DNA of 64,000 bases, taken from IMG/VR virus record IMGVR_UViG_3300037465_000037, positions 12,840 through 76,839 of that record. One strand, written 5' to 3'. The notes beneath the pieces were generated by a model. The model did not search any database. It was not told the origin of the DNA and saw nothing but the letters and a program-made list of their open reading frames with translations. Source of the stretch: a virus. Shown here piece after piece: positions 47,583 through 57,933 of the stretch. The stretch's first letter is position 1. The number at the start of each line of letters is the position of its first letter. The position numbers and the translations under genes are program-made.

Positions 47583-49790
47583 ATGCCTCAGCCAAAACTA
47601 ACAACTGAGCTTGAGTCATTCACCGGACGACTCATCAAGACCATCTACAGCAAGGGAGATGGTTTTTTTGTTGGCTTGGCCCAGGGCGTGGACAATTGTC
47701 ATGAGATTCGTAAGGTTGTTGGTGAAATCTTTAGTCCGATGCTTGGGAGTATTTATAAGTTTGAAGGCTGGATGCAGGCTCCATCTAACCCCAAGTACAG
47801 AGAGCCTGAATTCAAATTCAAGAGTTGTGAACGTGCGCTAGAGAACGATACGGTTGGCATTGAGATTTTCTTGCAAGAGAATGTCGATGGCATTGGGTGG
47901 AGGTTAGCGCATAGCATGGTCGAGGCTTTCGGTAAGGATGCATTAAACATACTAGCTAACGAACCTGAAAAGATGGTTGGCAAGGTTGCTGGCGTGAGCT
48001 TTGACAGGCTCAAATATTTCAGCGAGCAGGCCGCCAAGCATCTACAAGATCACGGATTTGAAGTGAACCTGATGGGGTTATTTGATGGGACGAGCATTAA
48101 TCGTAGGCAAAAAGCTGGGATTATCGAGAAGTGGGGTAGGCAAGCGTTTGATGTCATCAAAGAGAATCCGTATGTATTGACGACCATTCATGGCATTGGT
48201 TTCAAGACTGCGGACTCAGTTGCAATGAAGGTTGGATATGATAAGAATGGTCGGCCAAGGGTTGAGGCTGGCATCATGTATGCGATGAAGGAAAGCGAGA
48301 ATAACGACGGGCATACTTGCCTAGGATTCGAGGAGTTGATTGGAGTTAGCGAGAAGTTGCTGGGCGTGGCTGAGGAGTTGATTGAATGTAGAGTGTTGGA
48401 AATGATTGATGATGGCAGGCTGGTGCAATATTTTGATGATGGTGGCAAGAAGTGGGTGTATCGGTTATTCATGTATACCATTGAAGATAAGTTGGCGAAG
48501 TTGCTGCATGGGTTGAACTATGCACATGAAGTTAATTTGTATGATGAGAAATGCTTAGATGGGTTGGATGATGAACAAGTATGCGCAGTAGATATGGTAA
48601 GATTGCGGAACTTGTCTATCATTACGGGAAGCCCAGGAACGGGAAAGAGCTACACAATTTGGAGAATCATTAAAGGATTCAGTGAAGAGCGCATCTTGCT
48701 TGCTGCTCCGACAGGCAAAGCTGCCAAGCGCATCGAAGAATTATCTGGCATGCCAGCCTCAACTATCCATCGTTTGCTTGGTGCTACATTCAGCTACGTC
48801 ACTGGGAGGTTTGAATTCCAGTACAATGAGTACAACCAACTTGATTGCGACTTGTTAATTATTGACGAATCCTCAATGCTCGACGTACAACTTGCTTACC
48901 ATCTACTATCAGCAGTGCGTACTTCCACGCGCGTGCTTTTTGTTGGCGACCGTTACCAGCTTCCGCCTGTTGGTGCTGGCTTCTTATTCGCCGACATGCT
49001 TAGGTCTGCCAAGATTCCGTTCACTGAGCTTCGCCAAATCAAGCGTCAGGCTGAAGGCTCTGACATCTTTAAGTTTTGCCACAAGATTCGTGACGGTTGG
49101 CGTCCTAAGATTGATAACGGAAATAGTGTGGACCTATTCATCTTCCAGTGCAGCGGCGAGGAAACGATCTCGAAGACCTTGCAAGATGTTGTGATGAAAC
49201 GTATTCCTAGTAAATTCGGCGCTGCGCCATCCGAGATCCAACTCATCACGCCTGTTCGCTCGCGTACTGACCTAAGTGTCGATAAGCTCAACCAAGTCTT
49301 TCGTCCATTGATTAACCAGGCAGGTGAGAAGATTGGAAATTCTAAGTGGCATATTGGCGACAGGATAATCAACAAGCAGAATGATTACGAAAACGATGTG
49401 ATGAATGGCGACACTGGGTGCATCATTGGGTATGACTATGAAAGCAAGAGCTTGATTGTCAGGTTCGATTGTCCGCAGCGGATTGTGAATTTGAGTATTG
49501 TTGATAATAGTTTGCAGCATGCGTATGCAATTACTTGTCATTCAGCGCAGGGCTCAGAATATCCATATGTGGTGATCCCCGCGTTCAGCGGGTTTCCAAA
49601 TCCTCTGAAGAGTAAGAAGTGGATCTACACTGCAGTGAGTAGGGCGAAGAAATTGTGTGTCATTGTGGGCGAAGATAAATTCATTGAGGATTGCCATAAG
49701 ATCAATTGGGATGATAGGAGAAATACGAACCTGTGCGGGATGATTAAGAGTGTGAGCGAGAGAGTGAATAAAGTTGAGGAGGAATGGTAG
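47583..49790 (+). CDS. recD2: RecD2-like SF1B helicase
   Basis: HhH region GIGFKTAD; GSPGTGKS; APTGKAAKR; IDESSM; GDRYQLPPVG; AYAITCHSAQGSEY; YTAVSRAK. Confidence 0.93.
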   Translation: MPQPKLTTELESFTGRLIKTIYSKGDGFFVGLAQGVDNCHEIRKVVGEIFSPMLGSIYKFEGWMQAPSNPKYREPEFKFKSCERALENDTVGIEIFLQENVDGIGWRLAHSMVEAFGKDALNILANEPEKMVGKVAGVSFDRLKYFSEQAAKHLQDHGFEVNLMGLFDGTSINRRQKAGIIEKWGRQAFDVIKENPYVLTTIHGIGFKTADSVAMKVGYDKNGRPRVEAGIMYAMKESENNDGHTCLGFEELIGVSEKLLGVAEELIECRVLEMIDDGRLVQYFDDGGKKWVYRLFMYTIEDKLAKLLHGLNYAHEVNLYDEKCLDGLDDEQVCAVDMVRLRNLSIITGSPGTGKSYTIWRIIKGFSEERILLAAPTGKAAKRIEELSGMPASTIHRLLGATFSYVTGRFEFQYNEYNQLDCDLLIIDESSMLDVQLAYHLLSAVRTSTRVLFVGDRYQLPPVGAGFLFADMLRSAKIPFTELRQIKRQAEGSDIFKFCHKIRDGWRPKIDNGNSVDLFIFQCSGEETISKTLQDVVMKRIPSKFGAAPSEIQLITPVRSRTDLSVDKLNQVFRPLINQAGEKIGNSKWHIGDRIINKQNDYENDVMNGDTGCIIGYDYESKSLIVRFDCPQRIVNLSIVDNSLQHAYAITCHSAQGSEYPYVVIPAFSGFPNPLKSKKWIYTAVSRAKKLCVIVGEDKFIEDCHKINWDDRRNTNLCGMIKSVSERVNKVEEEW

Positions 49791-49791
49791 T

Positions 49792-50064
49792 ATGAGTGAA
49801 TATATTGATGGAGAGTACATACCGCTCTTCTGGAGTTACGGTAATCCAGACTTCTACCTTGTCTGCGGGCACGTTAGCAAGAAAGTTGCTCTCTCCGAGG
49901 TGGCTTCTTGCGAATCGTTGCAAGTGGAAGATCTCGACGGGATGACGTGCTGGCATGCTTGGTGTCGGTGGTCGATGTGCGGTAGCGGAGGAGAATGCGA
50001 CCGCTGGGCTAGGATTTACGATGCTCCAGGGCGCGGCCGTTTCAAAGTGACGGTGCTTGAATGA
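49792..50064 (+). CDS. Hypothetical protein
   Basis: ATG directly after the recD2 stop. Confidence 0.5.
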   Translation: MSEYIDGEYIPLFWSYGNPDFYLVCGHVSKKVALSEVASCESLQVEDLDGMTCWHAWCRWSMCGSGGECDRWARIYDAPGRGRFKVTVLE

Positions 50065-50113
50065 GTTTTTCATACAGTGACGTTCACTGCATCTTCACTA
50101 TGGCTGATGGGGA

Positions 50114-50458
50114 ATGGCAATGAGTCGTTGTGGTGGAGCTGCTGCTCAATATTCCATCTTTCAACATTCTCTTTCATACTTAGACCTTCACCGAATCTTC
50201 ACCATCCTAGTTGAAGAATGTCAGGCCGACGAAAAGGAACGCTATTGCTTTGTCTGGTCATTCCCAGATTGCGTTGAGTACTATTTCCGTGGTTTATTAG
50301 GATTCGGAAGCAGGGTTTGGTGGAGTTCGCTTCTAGGATGCCGCATTACTTGCTACAGAGAAGATGAAACCAAAGACCGTCTTGCCATCATTGCTCGCAC
50401 CAACCAACGCTTAGCCCGTCTTCTTCAGCATGAGCGACCCGTTCACAATCTTGATTGA
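50114..50458 (+). CDS. Hypothetical protein
   Basis: 114-aa ORF in the operon; start uncertain. Confidence 0.45.
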   Translation: MAMSRCGGAAAQYSIFQHSLSYLDLHRIFTILVEECQADEKERYCFVWSFPDCVEYYFRGLLGFGSRVWWSSLLGCRITCYREDETKDRLAIIARTNQRLARLLQHERPVHNLD

Positions 50459-50918
50459 CCACCGTGAGCAAAGGGCTGGGTATACAGAATTGCTAACTTG
50501 TGCTACCGAAGTTGGACATTTACTAACAGGCGACTACTCAGTCAAGGAGATGCCTGGGCTAGCCGTAGTTGAACGAAAAGCCAAGGCTGATCTTTACGGC
50601 GTGGTTGGTCAAGGCCGTGAGCGATTCGAGAAAGAACTCAAGCGTATCACCGATGAATTTATTTATTCTGCAATCGTAGTCGAGGCAACCTATGCCTCGC
50701 TGCTTATGTCGCCAGGATTTACTAACATTCGACCGGATCAGGTTGTTACTGCTATCATTAGTTGGAACCAAGTTTACAATGTACCCTTCTTTTTCGTCGG
50801 TAATCGTGAGCAGGGAGCGGAATTTACGCAAAAGTTTCTTGCGCATGCGTGGAAGTACCGGCATGCTTTAGTTGAGCGACTGTTGTTGAACCACGAAGAC
50901 GACGATGATGATGCGTAA
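50430..50918 (+). CDS. ERCC4-domain nuclease
   Basis: ILIDHREQ, LLTGDYSV and VERKAKADL motifs. Confidence 0.88.
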   Translation: MSDPFTILIDHREQRAGYTELLTCATEVGHLLTGDYSVKEMPGLAVVERKAKADLYGVVGQGRERFEKELKRITDEFIYSAIVVEATYASLLMSPGFTNIRPDQVVTAIISWNQVYNVPFFFVGNREQGAEFTQKFLAHAWKYRHALVERLLLNHEDDDDDA

Positions 50919-51768
50919 AATCATACTGGCTGATTGTCTTGACGGGCTGTCTAGCCTTCCTGATTCTTTTGCTCAGTTAATCTATATCGACCCACCTTTC
51001 AATACCGGAAAGAAACAGGTACGAAATAGAATCAAAGTTGAAGCTGATGCAGAAGGTATTCGTCAAGGATTTGGTGATAAGAGATACAATGTTGAGCATA
51101 TTTCCAGTAGTAGTTACGATGATTGCTTCGATGATTACATTGGTTTTCTGATGCCTCGCATTGAGGCAGGAATGAGATGCCTGAGTAAAGACGGAAGTCT
51201 CTTCGTGCATCTTGATTCTAACGAGGTTCATTATGTTAAGGTTGCGCTTGATGGCATGCTTGGACGCGATTTATTTATCAACGAGATTATTTGGGCGTTT
51301 GATTATGGTGGTCGTCCAAGGACACGCTGGCCTGCGAAGCATAATACAATCTTGTGGTATGCGCGTGATCCAGAGAATTACGTTTTCAATTATGATGCAA
51401 TCGACCGCATACCATACATGGCACCAGCGTTAGTGGGAGCAGAGAAAGCTGAACGTGGAAAGACACCAACAGATGTTTGGTGGCATACGATTGTTCCAAC
51501 TAATGGAAAAGAGAAAACTGGTTATGCAACTCAAAAGCCATTGGGGATTCTGAATCGCATTGTTCAGGTTCATAGTAATCCTGGGTCTATTGTTCTTGAT
51601 TTCTTCGCTGTTAGTGGCACGCTTGGAGAGGCGGCAGTTAGGAATGGCAGGGGTTTCTTACTCATAGATAAGAACCCTGAAGCTGCCCAGGTCATGGCGA
51701 AGCGACTTAGGTTTTGCTGTCCAGAGTATGTTGGATTCAGACCGCAAGACGACTCGGATAATGCATGA
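50905..51768 (+). CDS. DNA N6-adenine/N4-cytosine methyltransferase (beta class)
   Basis: IYIDPPF (motif IV) precedes TQKP and VLDFFAVSGT (motif I with a G-to-V change). Confidence 0.88.
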   Translation: MMMRKIILADCLDGLSSLPDSFAQLIYIDPPFNTGKKQVRNRIKVEADAEGIRQGFGDKRYNVEHISSSSYDDCFDDYIGFLMPRIEAGMRCLSKDGSLFVHLDSNEVHYVKVALDGMLGRDLFINEIIWAFDYGGRPRTRWPAKHNTILWYARDPENYVFNYDAIDRIPYMAPALVGAEKAERGKTPTDVWWHTIVPTNGKEKTGYATQKPLGILNRIVQVHSNPGSIVLDFFAVSGTLGEAAVRNGRGFLLIDKNPEAAQVMAKRLRFCCPEYVGFRPQDDSDNA

Positions 51769-54700
51769 GCACTTGTGATATAAGCAAGGAAAAGTGGAGG
51801 CAATTCCGCGAGCAAGTCTTGCGTGCCTTGGACATTGAATTGGTTTATCGAGACATTCGTCGGTCTGGGCGTAACAATGCAAATGGCTGGGTGTCGGCTT
51901 ATTGCCCGTTCCATGAGGATAACAATTCGTCGTTTGCTTTCTGTGTAGAGGACGGCCCATCTAAGGGTAATTGGAATTGCTTTGCTGGCTGTGGACATGG
52001 TTCAGTATTTGACTTCTGGTCGAAGACTCATGGCGGTATTCAGTATATTGACTGCTTGGAAGCGTTGGCGAAGATGTTCCAGGTTGAGTTGATTTGGACT
52101 AATGCAAATAAAGAGGAAGTAGCGAGGATCGAGCAAAAGCCATTCGAGCAGCAAGTTGAAGAGCAAGCGCAAACACAAGCGGAACCAAGCCAAGCCACAG
52201 AAACAAATCAACCGATCATACAGCCGGCTCCCCCTGTAGGGGAAAAGTTGGCTAGGGATGAGAATGATCTATCAGCCAAGAAGAACCGGCAAGTAGATAT
52301 CCAAGTTGTCATTGGCTGGCACAAGCGGCTATTGTCATTGCCTGACCGTCTTGAGTACCTGCATTCTAAGCGTGGGCTCTCCATCGAAACTATCAAGGAA
52401 TTCAAGATTGGCTGGTCGAGTCGCTTGCATCGCTATACCATTCCGATTCTTGATGAGAATGGAATCTGCCGCAACATTCGCATGTACGATCCGCACCGGA
52501 CTAGCGGGAAGGTCATCAACTTCACTGAAACGCTAGACGGCAAACGCATTTCATACGGTTCCCCTATCAGGCTCTTCAATCTCGACCAGCTTGTCAAGCG
52601 CAAGGACGAGCCAATTATTCTTACCGAGGGTGAAACAGATGCGCTAGTCACATACCAGCATGGCTTTCTTGCTGTCTCTGGCACTGGTGGTTGCATGGCT
52701 TTCCGGCCTGAATGGCTGCCATTCTTCGAGGGCCGGGATGTTATAATATGCTACGATTGCGATGAGAAGGGCAAGAAGGCTGTCGTTGAAGTTGTTGGTC
52801 CAGTCCTTTCCTCGCTCAAGCTCAACTCGCTCAAGATCCTCACGCTTCCTCTCGCCGGCACGAGCGACGACAAAGACCTAACCGACTTCTTCGTCAAGCG
52901 TCAGAAGACTGCCGATGATCTAAAGAAGCTCATTCAGGACCAAGGCAAAACAGATTCATCCGAGTTCAATTCTTTCCCTACCGGGGGAGGCGTTGGCATT
53001 CCCGGCGATGTGATTATGCTAAGCTCTTTTACTGAGGTTGAGAAGAATGAATATATTGGCAAAAAGGTGCGCTGCATAATTGTAGCATCTGGTGAAACAT
53101 CTGAGTCCTTTCATGCTGTCAAGAAATTCAAGATTGCACATTGCAAGAATTATGAATCTGGGCGGTGTCCTTGTATATTGAAGAATAATGGTGTGTATGA
53201 TATTCCACCTAATGCGCGTGAGCGTATTGGTAGTTGTATGGCAACTGATATCACAGTGATGAATATGCTGCGAGATTTTTGTTGTTCTCGTGGGGCCAGG
53301 CCGACGATTGAGATACTTGAGAAAGAAACAATCACTGAGTTCTTCTGCCATCAAGATGCGACTCGCTTTACAATTAGCGACGATACGCTTGCGGACAATG
53401 AAGGGAATGAACTACTAGAGAAGCGAGTTTATTTAACCTCACCCGAGCGACCCAAGCTTGGTAGGTATGCGGCTATCGGTTGGGTAACGTCCAATCCACG
53501 GACGCAGCAGATTACTTTACTGATTGAGCATCTTCAAGCTCTTGAAGACGATTACCAATCGTTTGATCTTGCTAAGCATAAGCATGAACTAGAATACTTG
53601 CAGGGGCTAGAGTACGACGACATCGTTAATTTCCTTTCGACTAACGTTGTGAAGATTTACAAGCGACCTCAGTTGATCCTCGCAGTATTGCTAACATTGC
53701 TCTCTCCTCGCTGGCTACATTTCAACGACGAGCGCATTCGAGGTTGGATTAACTCGCTAGTAGTTGGTGACGTTGGCGCAGGCAAATCTCAAACCTACAC
53801 GCGCATTTCCGATTTCGTTAGTGTTGGCGACGTGTTCTCTGGACTGACTGGTTCGCGTACTGGTTTGGTCTATGGCTTGTCTGAGCATAAGCAGAAGGGT
53901 TGGCAAGTCAGAGCCGGGCGTATTCCATCAAACTCTCGCAAAGCACTCATGATTGACGAAGCTCATATGCTTCAAGCTGAAGATATTCGCACCATGAGTA
54001 AAGGCATGGATGAAGGGTTCGTGCAGATTGACAGGATCTCATCTGGTGGATATGAAACTCAGACACGCATTCAGATCATTGCTAATCCTGCTGGCGACGG
54101 AACGATGGATAAGTATTTGTATGGTTGCGAGGCGATCAAGGAGTTACTGCCACCAGCGGTTGTGAGAAGATTGGACTTCGCTGTGATTGTCAATGCAATG
54201 GACGTGGCTGATCTTGATATCCTCAATTTGCAGCACGATGTTGGTAAGTTATCTAACTTGAAGATCGTTGGTAGCACATTGCGATCTTTGATCTACTGGG
54301 CGTGGAACTTAGATATGCGTGATATTCATTATGAGAGCGAAGCAGTGAGTGCAGTATTGACAAATGCTAAGAATTTGTCAATGATGTTTGGCGATGCGCA
54401 TGACATCCCACTTGTCAATCCTTCTGACGTGCGCAAGAAGCTTGCGCGAATTGCTGCAGCCGTTGCAGTATTAGATGTGAGTACCGAGTTTGGCAATCCT
54501 GCTCTGGTCATCAAAGCGCGTCATGTTGAGTATGCAACCAATTTCTTGAAGCAAATCTATACCGCTGAGAACTTCAAGCTTGATGAGTATGCTACCGTGC
54601 AAGGTATGAAGGTCAATATTACAGACTATGATGAGCTTGATGAAGTTATCATGAAAGCGGATGAGCTTATGATGGCAATGCTTTTTATGCTCAAGCATCA

Positions 54701-55073
54701 GCCAGTGGTTAGAAGGTCAGACTTGCCAATTGTGCTTGGCGTGAAAGATGGTGATGTTGCTAAATGCATTCAGGTATTGCGTGCGTACAACTTAATATCG
54801 CCATACAAGTTTGGCAACTTCATTCGCACGACTAGATTTAATAGATTCATGCGAAAGTTCAGCTCGTTACACTTGGATTACATGGATAGGGCAACTGGGT
54901 TGTATATGTCCAAGGTAAAGAATAGCAAGGGTGTGAGTATTGATAAGATTTCAAGCAAGAACGGGAAAGGCAAGAACAAGAATAGGCTTACAAACATAGA
55001 TGAAGAGCTTGATATTGACTTCGACGGAGTGGATGAGGCGGTCGATGAGGAGCTAGGGGATGACGGATACTAA
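51765..55073 (+). CDS. DnaG-type primase fused to an MCM-type helicase
   Basis: CHC2 zinc finger (CPFHED...CFAGC); Toprim (LTEGETDAL, YDCD); AAA+ GDVGAGKS, SRTGL, LMIDEAH, IANP and VRRLDF with MCM-like spacing. Confidence 0.82.
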   Translation: MSTCDISKEKWRQFREQVLRALDIELVYRDIRRSGRNNANGWVSAYCPFHEDNNSSFAFCVEDGPSKGNWNCFAGCGHGSVFDFWSKTHGGIQYIDCLEALAKMFQVELIWTNANKEEVARIEQKPFEQQVEEQAQTQAEPSQATETNQPIIQPAPPVGEKLARDENDLSAKKNRQVDIQVVIGWHKRLLSLPDRLEYLHSKRGLSIETIKEFKIGWSSRLHRYTIPILDENGICRNIRMYDPHRTSGKVINFTETLDGKRISYGSPIRLFNLDQLVKRKDEPIILTEGETDALVTYQHGFLAVSGTGGCMAFRPEWLPFFEGRDVIICYDCDEKGKKAVVEVVGPVLSSLKLNSLKILTLPLAGTSDDKDLTDFFVKRQKTADDLKKLIQDQGKTDSSEFNSFPTGGGVGIPGDVIMLSSFTEVEKNEYIGKKVRCIIVASGETSESFHAVKKFKIAHCKNYESGRCPCILKNNGVYDIPPNARERIGSCMATDITVMNMLRDFCCSRGARPTIEILEKETITEFFCHQDATRFTISDDTLADNEGNELLEKRVYLTSPERPKLGRYAAIGWVTSNPRTQQITLLIEHLQALEDDYQSFDLAKHKHELEYLQGLEYDDIVNFLSTNVVKIYKRPQLILAVLLTLLSPRWLHFNDERIRGWINSLVVGDVGAGKSQTYTRISDFVSVGDVFSGLTGSRTGLVYGLSEHKQKGWQVRAGRIPSNSRKALMIDEAHMLQAEDIRTMSKGMDEGFVQIDRISSGGYETQTRIQIIANPAGDGTMDKYLYGCEAIKELLPPAVVRRLDFAVIVNAMDVADLDILNLQHDVGKLSNLKIVGSTLRSLIYWAWNLDMRDIHYESEAVSAVLTNAKNLSMMFGDAHDIPLVNPSDVRKKLARIAAAVAVLDVSTEFGNPALVIKARHVEYATNFLKQIYTAENFKLDEYATVQGMKVNITDYDELDEVIMKADELMMAMLFMLKHQPVVRRSDLPIVLGVKDGDVAKCIQVLRAYNLISPYKFGNFIRTTRFNRFMRKFSSLHLDYMDRATGLYMSKVKNSKGVSIDKISSKNGKGKNKNRLTNIDEELDIDFDGVDEAVDEELGDDGY
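52227..52246 (-). repeat. Dispersed motif, exact-core copy
   Basis: Minus strand TTTTCC CCTAC A GGGGG AGC, in the primase linker. Confidence 0.8.
52971..52990 (+). repeat. Dispersed motif, exact-core copy
   Basis: TCTTTC CCTAC C GGGGG AGG, at the primase/helicase junction. Confidence 0.8.
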
Positions 55074-55761
55074 TACTAATACTAATACTGAGAATACTAG
55101 GAATGAAGTTCTACTGGCTGCTGAGTGCGTTGAAGGTGAAAGTCCACGTTGGGTGGTCATTCATTCTGCAATCCTGAATGATAGGATTATTGTTGCGCTT
55201 GACGTACAAGGACTCAAGGAAGCGCGTGATTACTTACTCAAGATTGGCTACGACAACCCTAAGTTTACTGGCAGGCTCGTTGGTTATACATTTGATGAAG
55301 TGCAAGCAATATCCAAACTTCCTGCTGATCAGTTGCGTTATCTCCATACCATCAAAATGATGTTCCGTGGAAAGATTGAAACTGATCCTGAAACCATTGA
55401 CAAGTTATCTAGTATGAGGTATCCATATAACAAAGTTGATGATTGCTCGCAGAAGGTAGTTCGCAAGACAGAGAAGAAACAAAGCGAGATATCTTGTGAG
55501 GTATGTGCTGGTTTTGAGGTAAGATTGACAGTGTGTATCCACTGTGGGCGTTCGGCGTGCGATCATTTGTGTGGGTTTCGGCAAGTCGAGATTTCCGATG
55601 TCGGGCAACGCGATCAGGCTGTCTGCGTTGATTGCCAGTTTAGTGAGGGTTATTTGATTTTCAAGGACTGTGTTAACTGCAAGAAGAACTTCAGATGGCG
55701 TGAGCTTGATTTAGATGGGAGATGCGAGGAGTGTCGGAAGAAGTTCTTCAAAAAGAAGTAG
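55060..55761 (+). CDS. Hypothetical protein with C-terminal zinc fingers
   Basis: Multiple CxxC pairs. Confidence 0.6.
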   Translation: MTDTNTNTNTENTRNEVLLAAECVEGESPRWVVIHSAILNDRIIVALDVQGLKEARDYLLKIGYDNPKFTGRLVGYTFDEVQAISKLPADQLRYLHTIKMMFRGKIETDPETIDKLSSMRYPYNKVDDCSQKVVRKTEKKQSEISCEVCAGFEVRLTVCIHCGRSACDHLCGFRQVEISDVGQRDQAVCVDCQFSEGYLIFKDCVNCKKNFRWRELDLDGRCEECRKKFFKKK

Positions 55762-56012
55762 CGATACCAAGTCCAGGCGAGGAGTCTGGTTATAGGATCG
55801 AGCCTGACTCGATTCGCATAGGGTTACTTCAGAAGTACATCTTCCATGTGCTGAATACTAGCGCGCATGATGGCTCGTTCATGACGTTTGAGGATTTCTT
55901 GCTATTCTTAGTGTTTGACTATAAGATCATTCGTGATATGTTGGCATATGAGGCATTCGAGAAGGTTGGGCCAACCAAGAACCAGGCTGACGATAGCGAG
56001 AAGAGAGGCTAG
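55722..56012 (+). CDS. Hypothetical protein
   Basis: Fills the operon gap; start uncertain. Confidence 0.4.
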   Translation: MRGVSEEVLQKEVAIPSPGEESGYRIEPDSIRIGLLQKYIFHVLNTSAHDGSFMTFEDFLLFLVFDYKIIRDMLAYEAFEKVGPTKNQADDSEKRG

Positions 56013-56014
56013 CG

Positions 56015-56608
56015 GTGGCTGAGAATAAGCAAGAGAAGACTACGATTGCAACAACTAATGCAGCCTCGGCGAAGGCTGTTGCTATTGCAACTCCTGCTGG
56101 CACCGCATCCGCGCCAACGCCTGCGCCATCTGCTCCTCCACCGAAGAAAGATACGCGCTATTACAAGCTTCGGTGTTTTAAGTGCGAGCGTGATTACAAG
56201 CAGGTTCCAATTACTTACGTCACGTTTGCTTTTGGTGGCACGCGCAATCATATCAGCATGTGTTTGCAGTGCTTGCTTGGTGCTGAGATTGCTGCGCATC
56301 CTATTTTTGCTACCATCAAGGAGCGCATGGGACAGCCAAAGATTGCTGACCGTATCCGCGCAGCACGTCAGCAGCAAATCAACGCGAACGCTGGCGATGA
56401 TGCTGATGTTGCTAGTGATGTTATTCCTATTGGTATGTGGCCTGTCACTAAGGTTTCTAAGTATTTGAATGTCTCGGTTGAGTCTACAATGAAGTTGATT
56501 TTGCAGAATCAAATCAAGGTGATGAAGTTCGAGAATCAAGATTGTATCCCACGGAAGTTCGTGGAGAAACTGAAGCAAGATATTGAATCTGCGCTTATCA
56601 AGAAGTAG
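56015..56608 (+). CDS. Zinc-finger plus HTH (excisionase/MerR-like) protein
   Basis: CFKC and CLQC pairs; C-terminal WPVTKVSKYLNVS...KLILQNQIK resembles HTH_17. Confidence 0.55.
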   Translation: MAENKQEKTTIATTNAASAKAVAIATPAGTASAPTPAPSAPPPKKDTRYYKLRCFKCERDYKQVPITYVTFAFGGTRNHISMCLQCLLGAEIAAHPIFATIKERMGQPKIADRIRAARQQQINANAGDDADVASDVIPIGMWPVTKVSKYLNVSVESTMKLILQNQIKVMKFENQDCIPRKFVEKLKQDIESALIKK

Positions 56609-56648
56609 CAAGTAGCAAGTAACAACAATAGCAAGAGCAAGGGGCTAC

Positions 56649-57929
56649 ATGAAGCCGCATATCCTATGGTACGGCGATTCGCCAACCGCTTCGTCAGGGT
56701 TCGGCAATGTCAGTGCTGGTATTATTGGAGAGCTTCATAGTAAGTATGATTTCACTGTATTTGGAATCAACTACGATGGCTTCCCACATGAGCACCCGTT
56801 TAGAATTGTTCCTGCGTTCAGTCGCATGGACCCAGGTGATTTGTACGGCAAGAAGCCATTCTTGAAGTTACTTGAGGATGGTGGGCGTCAGTATGATCTA
56901 GTTTTCATGATGCAAGACTCATTCATCCTCTCGCACAGGTTTGAAGATAACACGCTCTTCATTGAGCGAGTGGCGCAGGTTTGCAAGGAACGCAACATTG
57001 CGCTTGTTGTGTACTTCCCAATCGACGCTATTCCGTTTGCTGATTGGTTGAAGCCTCTGACTTGTGCTGACGTTGCTGTCACTTACACCAACTGGGGGCA
57101 GGAAGCGTGTGCTAAGATTTGTCCAGAATTAAAGACTATCGTCATTCCGCATGGCACTTCGCCAGATGTTTTTTTCCCTCTTCCTGGGGCTGCCAAGAAA
57201 GCGATTCGGCATAACTATTTCTCGCCGCATGGTGAGCAAGATTTAGATACTTTTACTGCATTGTACGTCGGACAAAATCAGCGTCGCAAGATTATTGACT
57301 GGGTGCTGATTGTCTGGGCTGAATTCTTGCGTAAGTTGGGCAGTGAAGCACGCAGGCGCAGTCCGTTGTTGCTCTTGCATACTCAACCCAAGGGACATGC
57401 TGGTTGGGATATTGCCAGAATGATTAGATCGCTTGGGTTCGATAAGGCTGACGTGAAACTGACATCAGCAAATGGTAAGAGTATTTCGCAGAGTGAGCTG
57501 AATGAGTATTACAACTTGGCGGATTGCTTAATCTTGCCTTCTGCCGAAGGCTGGGGCTTGCCGGCAACAGAAGCGATGTGCGCTGGTTGCTTGACGGTGT
57601 TGGGCAACCATGCTTCACTCGCTGAAATTGGAAGCCATGACAGATCGTTCTTGGTTGATTGCCCGAGAGATCCTAACTTCATTCGAATTGATACAAGAGA
57701 CAATGAAGTATTGCGCCGGCGTCCTGATGTCAATGAAGGCGTAAAGATTTTGTTGGAGTTGTATAGCAAGCAGTATATTGAGCACGAAGAGAATGTGAGG
57801 CAGAATGCGCTGAAGTGGGCGCGGTCTATTAGTTGGCAAGTAATTGCGTCTGTCTGGGATGAGATTTTTAGTCACCAGATTGAGCGCAGGCGAGAGAATC
57901 CAGTTTCGATTGCAATGGGAAGAGATTAG
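56649..57929 (+). CDS. Glycosyltransferase family 4-like (GT-B)
   Basis: LWYGDSPTASSGFGNVS, IPHG, and LPSAEGWGLPATEAMCAG (EX7E motif). Confidence 0.9.
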   Translation: MKPHILWYGDSPTASSGFGNVSAGIIGELHSKYDFTVFGINYDGFPHEHPFRIVPAFSRMDPGDLYGKKPFLKLLEDGGRQYDLVFMMQDSFILSHRFEDNTLFIERVAQVCKERNIALVVYFPIDAIPFADWLKPLTCADVAVTYTNWGQEACAKICPELKTIVIPHGTSPDVFFPLPGAAKKAIRHNYFSPHGEQDLDTFTALYVGQNQRRKIIDWVLIVWAEFLRKLGSEARRRSPLLLLHTQPKGHAGWDIARMIRSLGFDKADVKLTSANGKSISQSELNEYYNLADCLILPSAEGWGLPATEAMCAGCLTVLGNHASLAEIGSHDRSFLVDCPRDPNFIRIDTRDNEVLRRRPDVNEGVKILLELYSKQYIEHEENVRQNALKWARSISWQVIASVWDEIFSHQIERRRENPVSIAMGRD

Positions 57930-57933
57930 AAAT

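Noticed and set aside
56606-56640. Short tandem AGTAGCA/AGCAA repeats (similar tracts at 25027, 28487 and 55066)
   Set aside because: Low-complexity spacers of 2-3 units with no consistent longer consensus.
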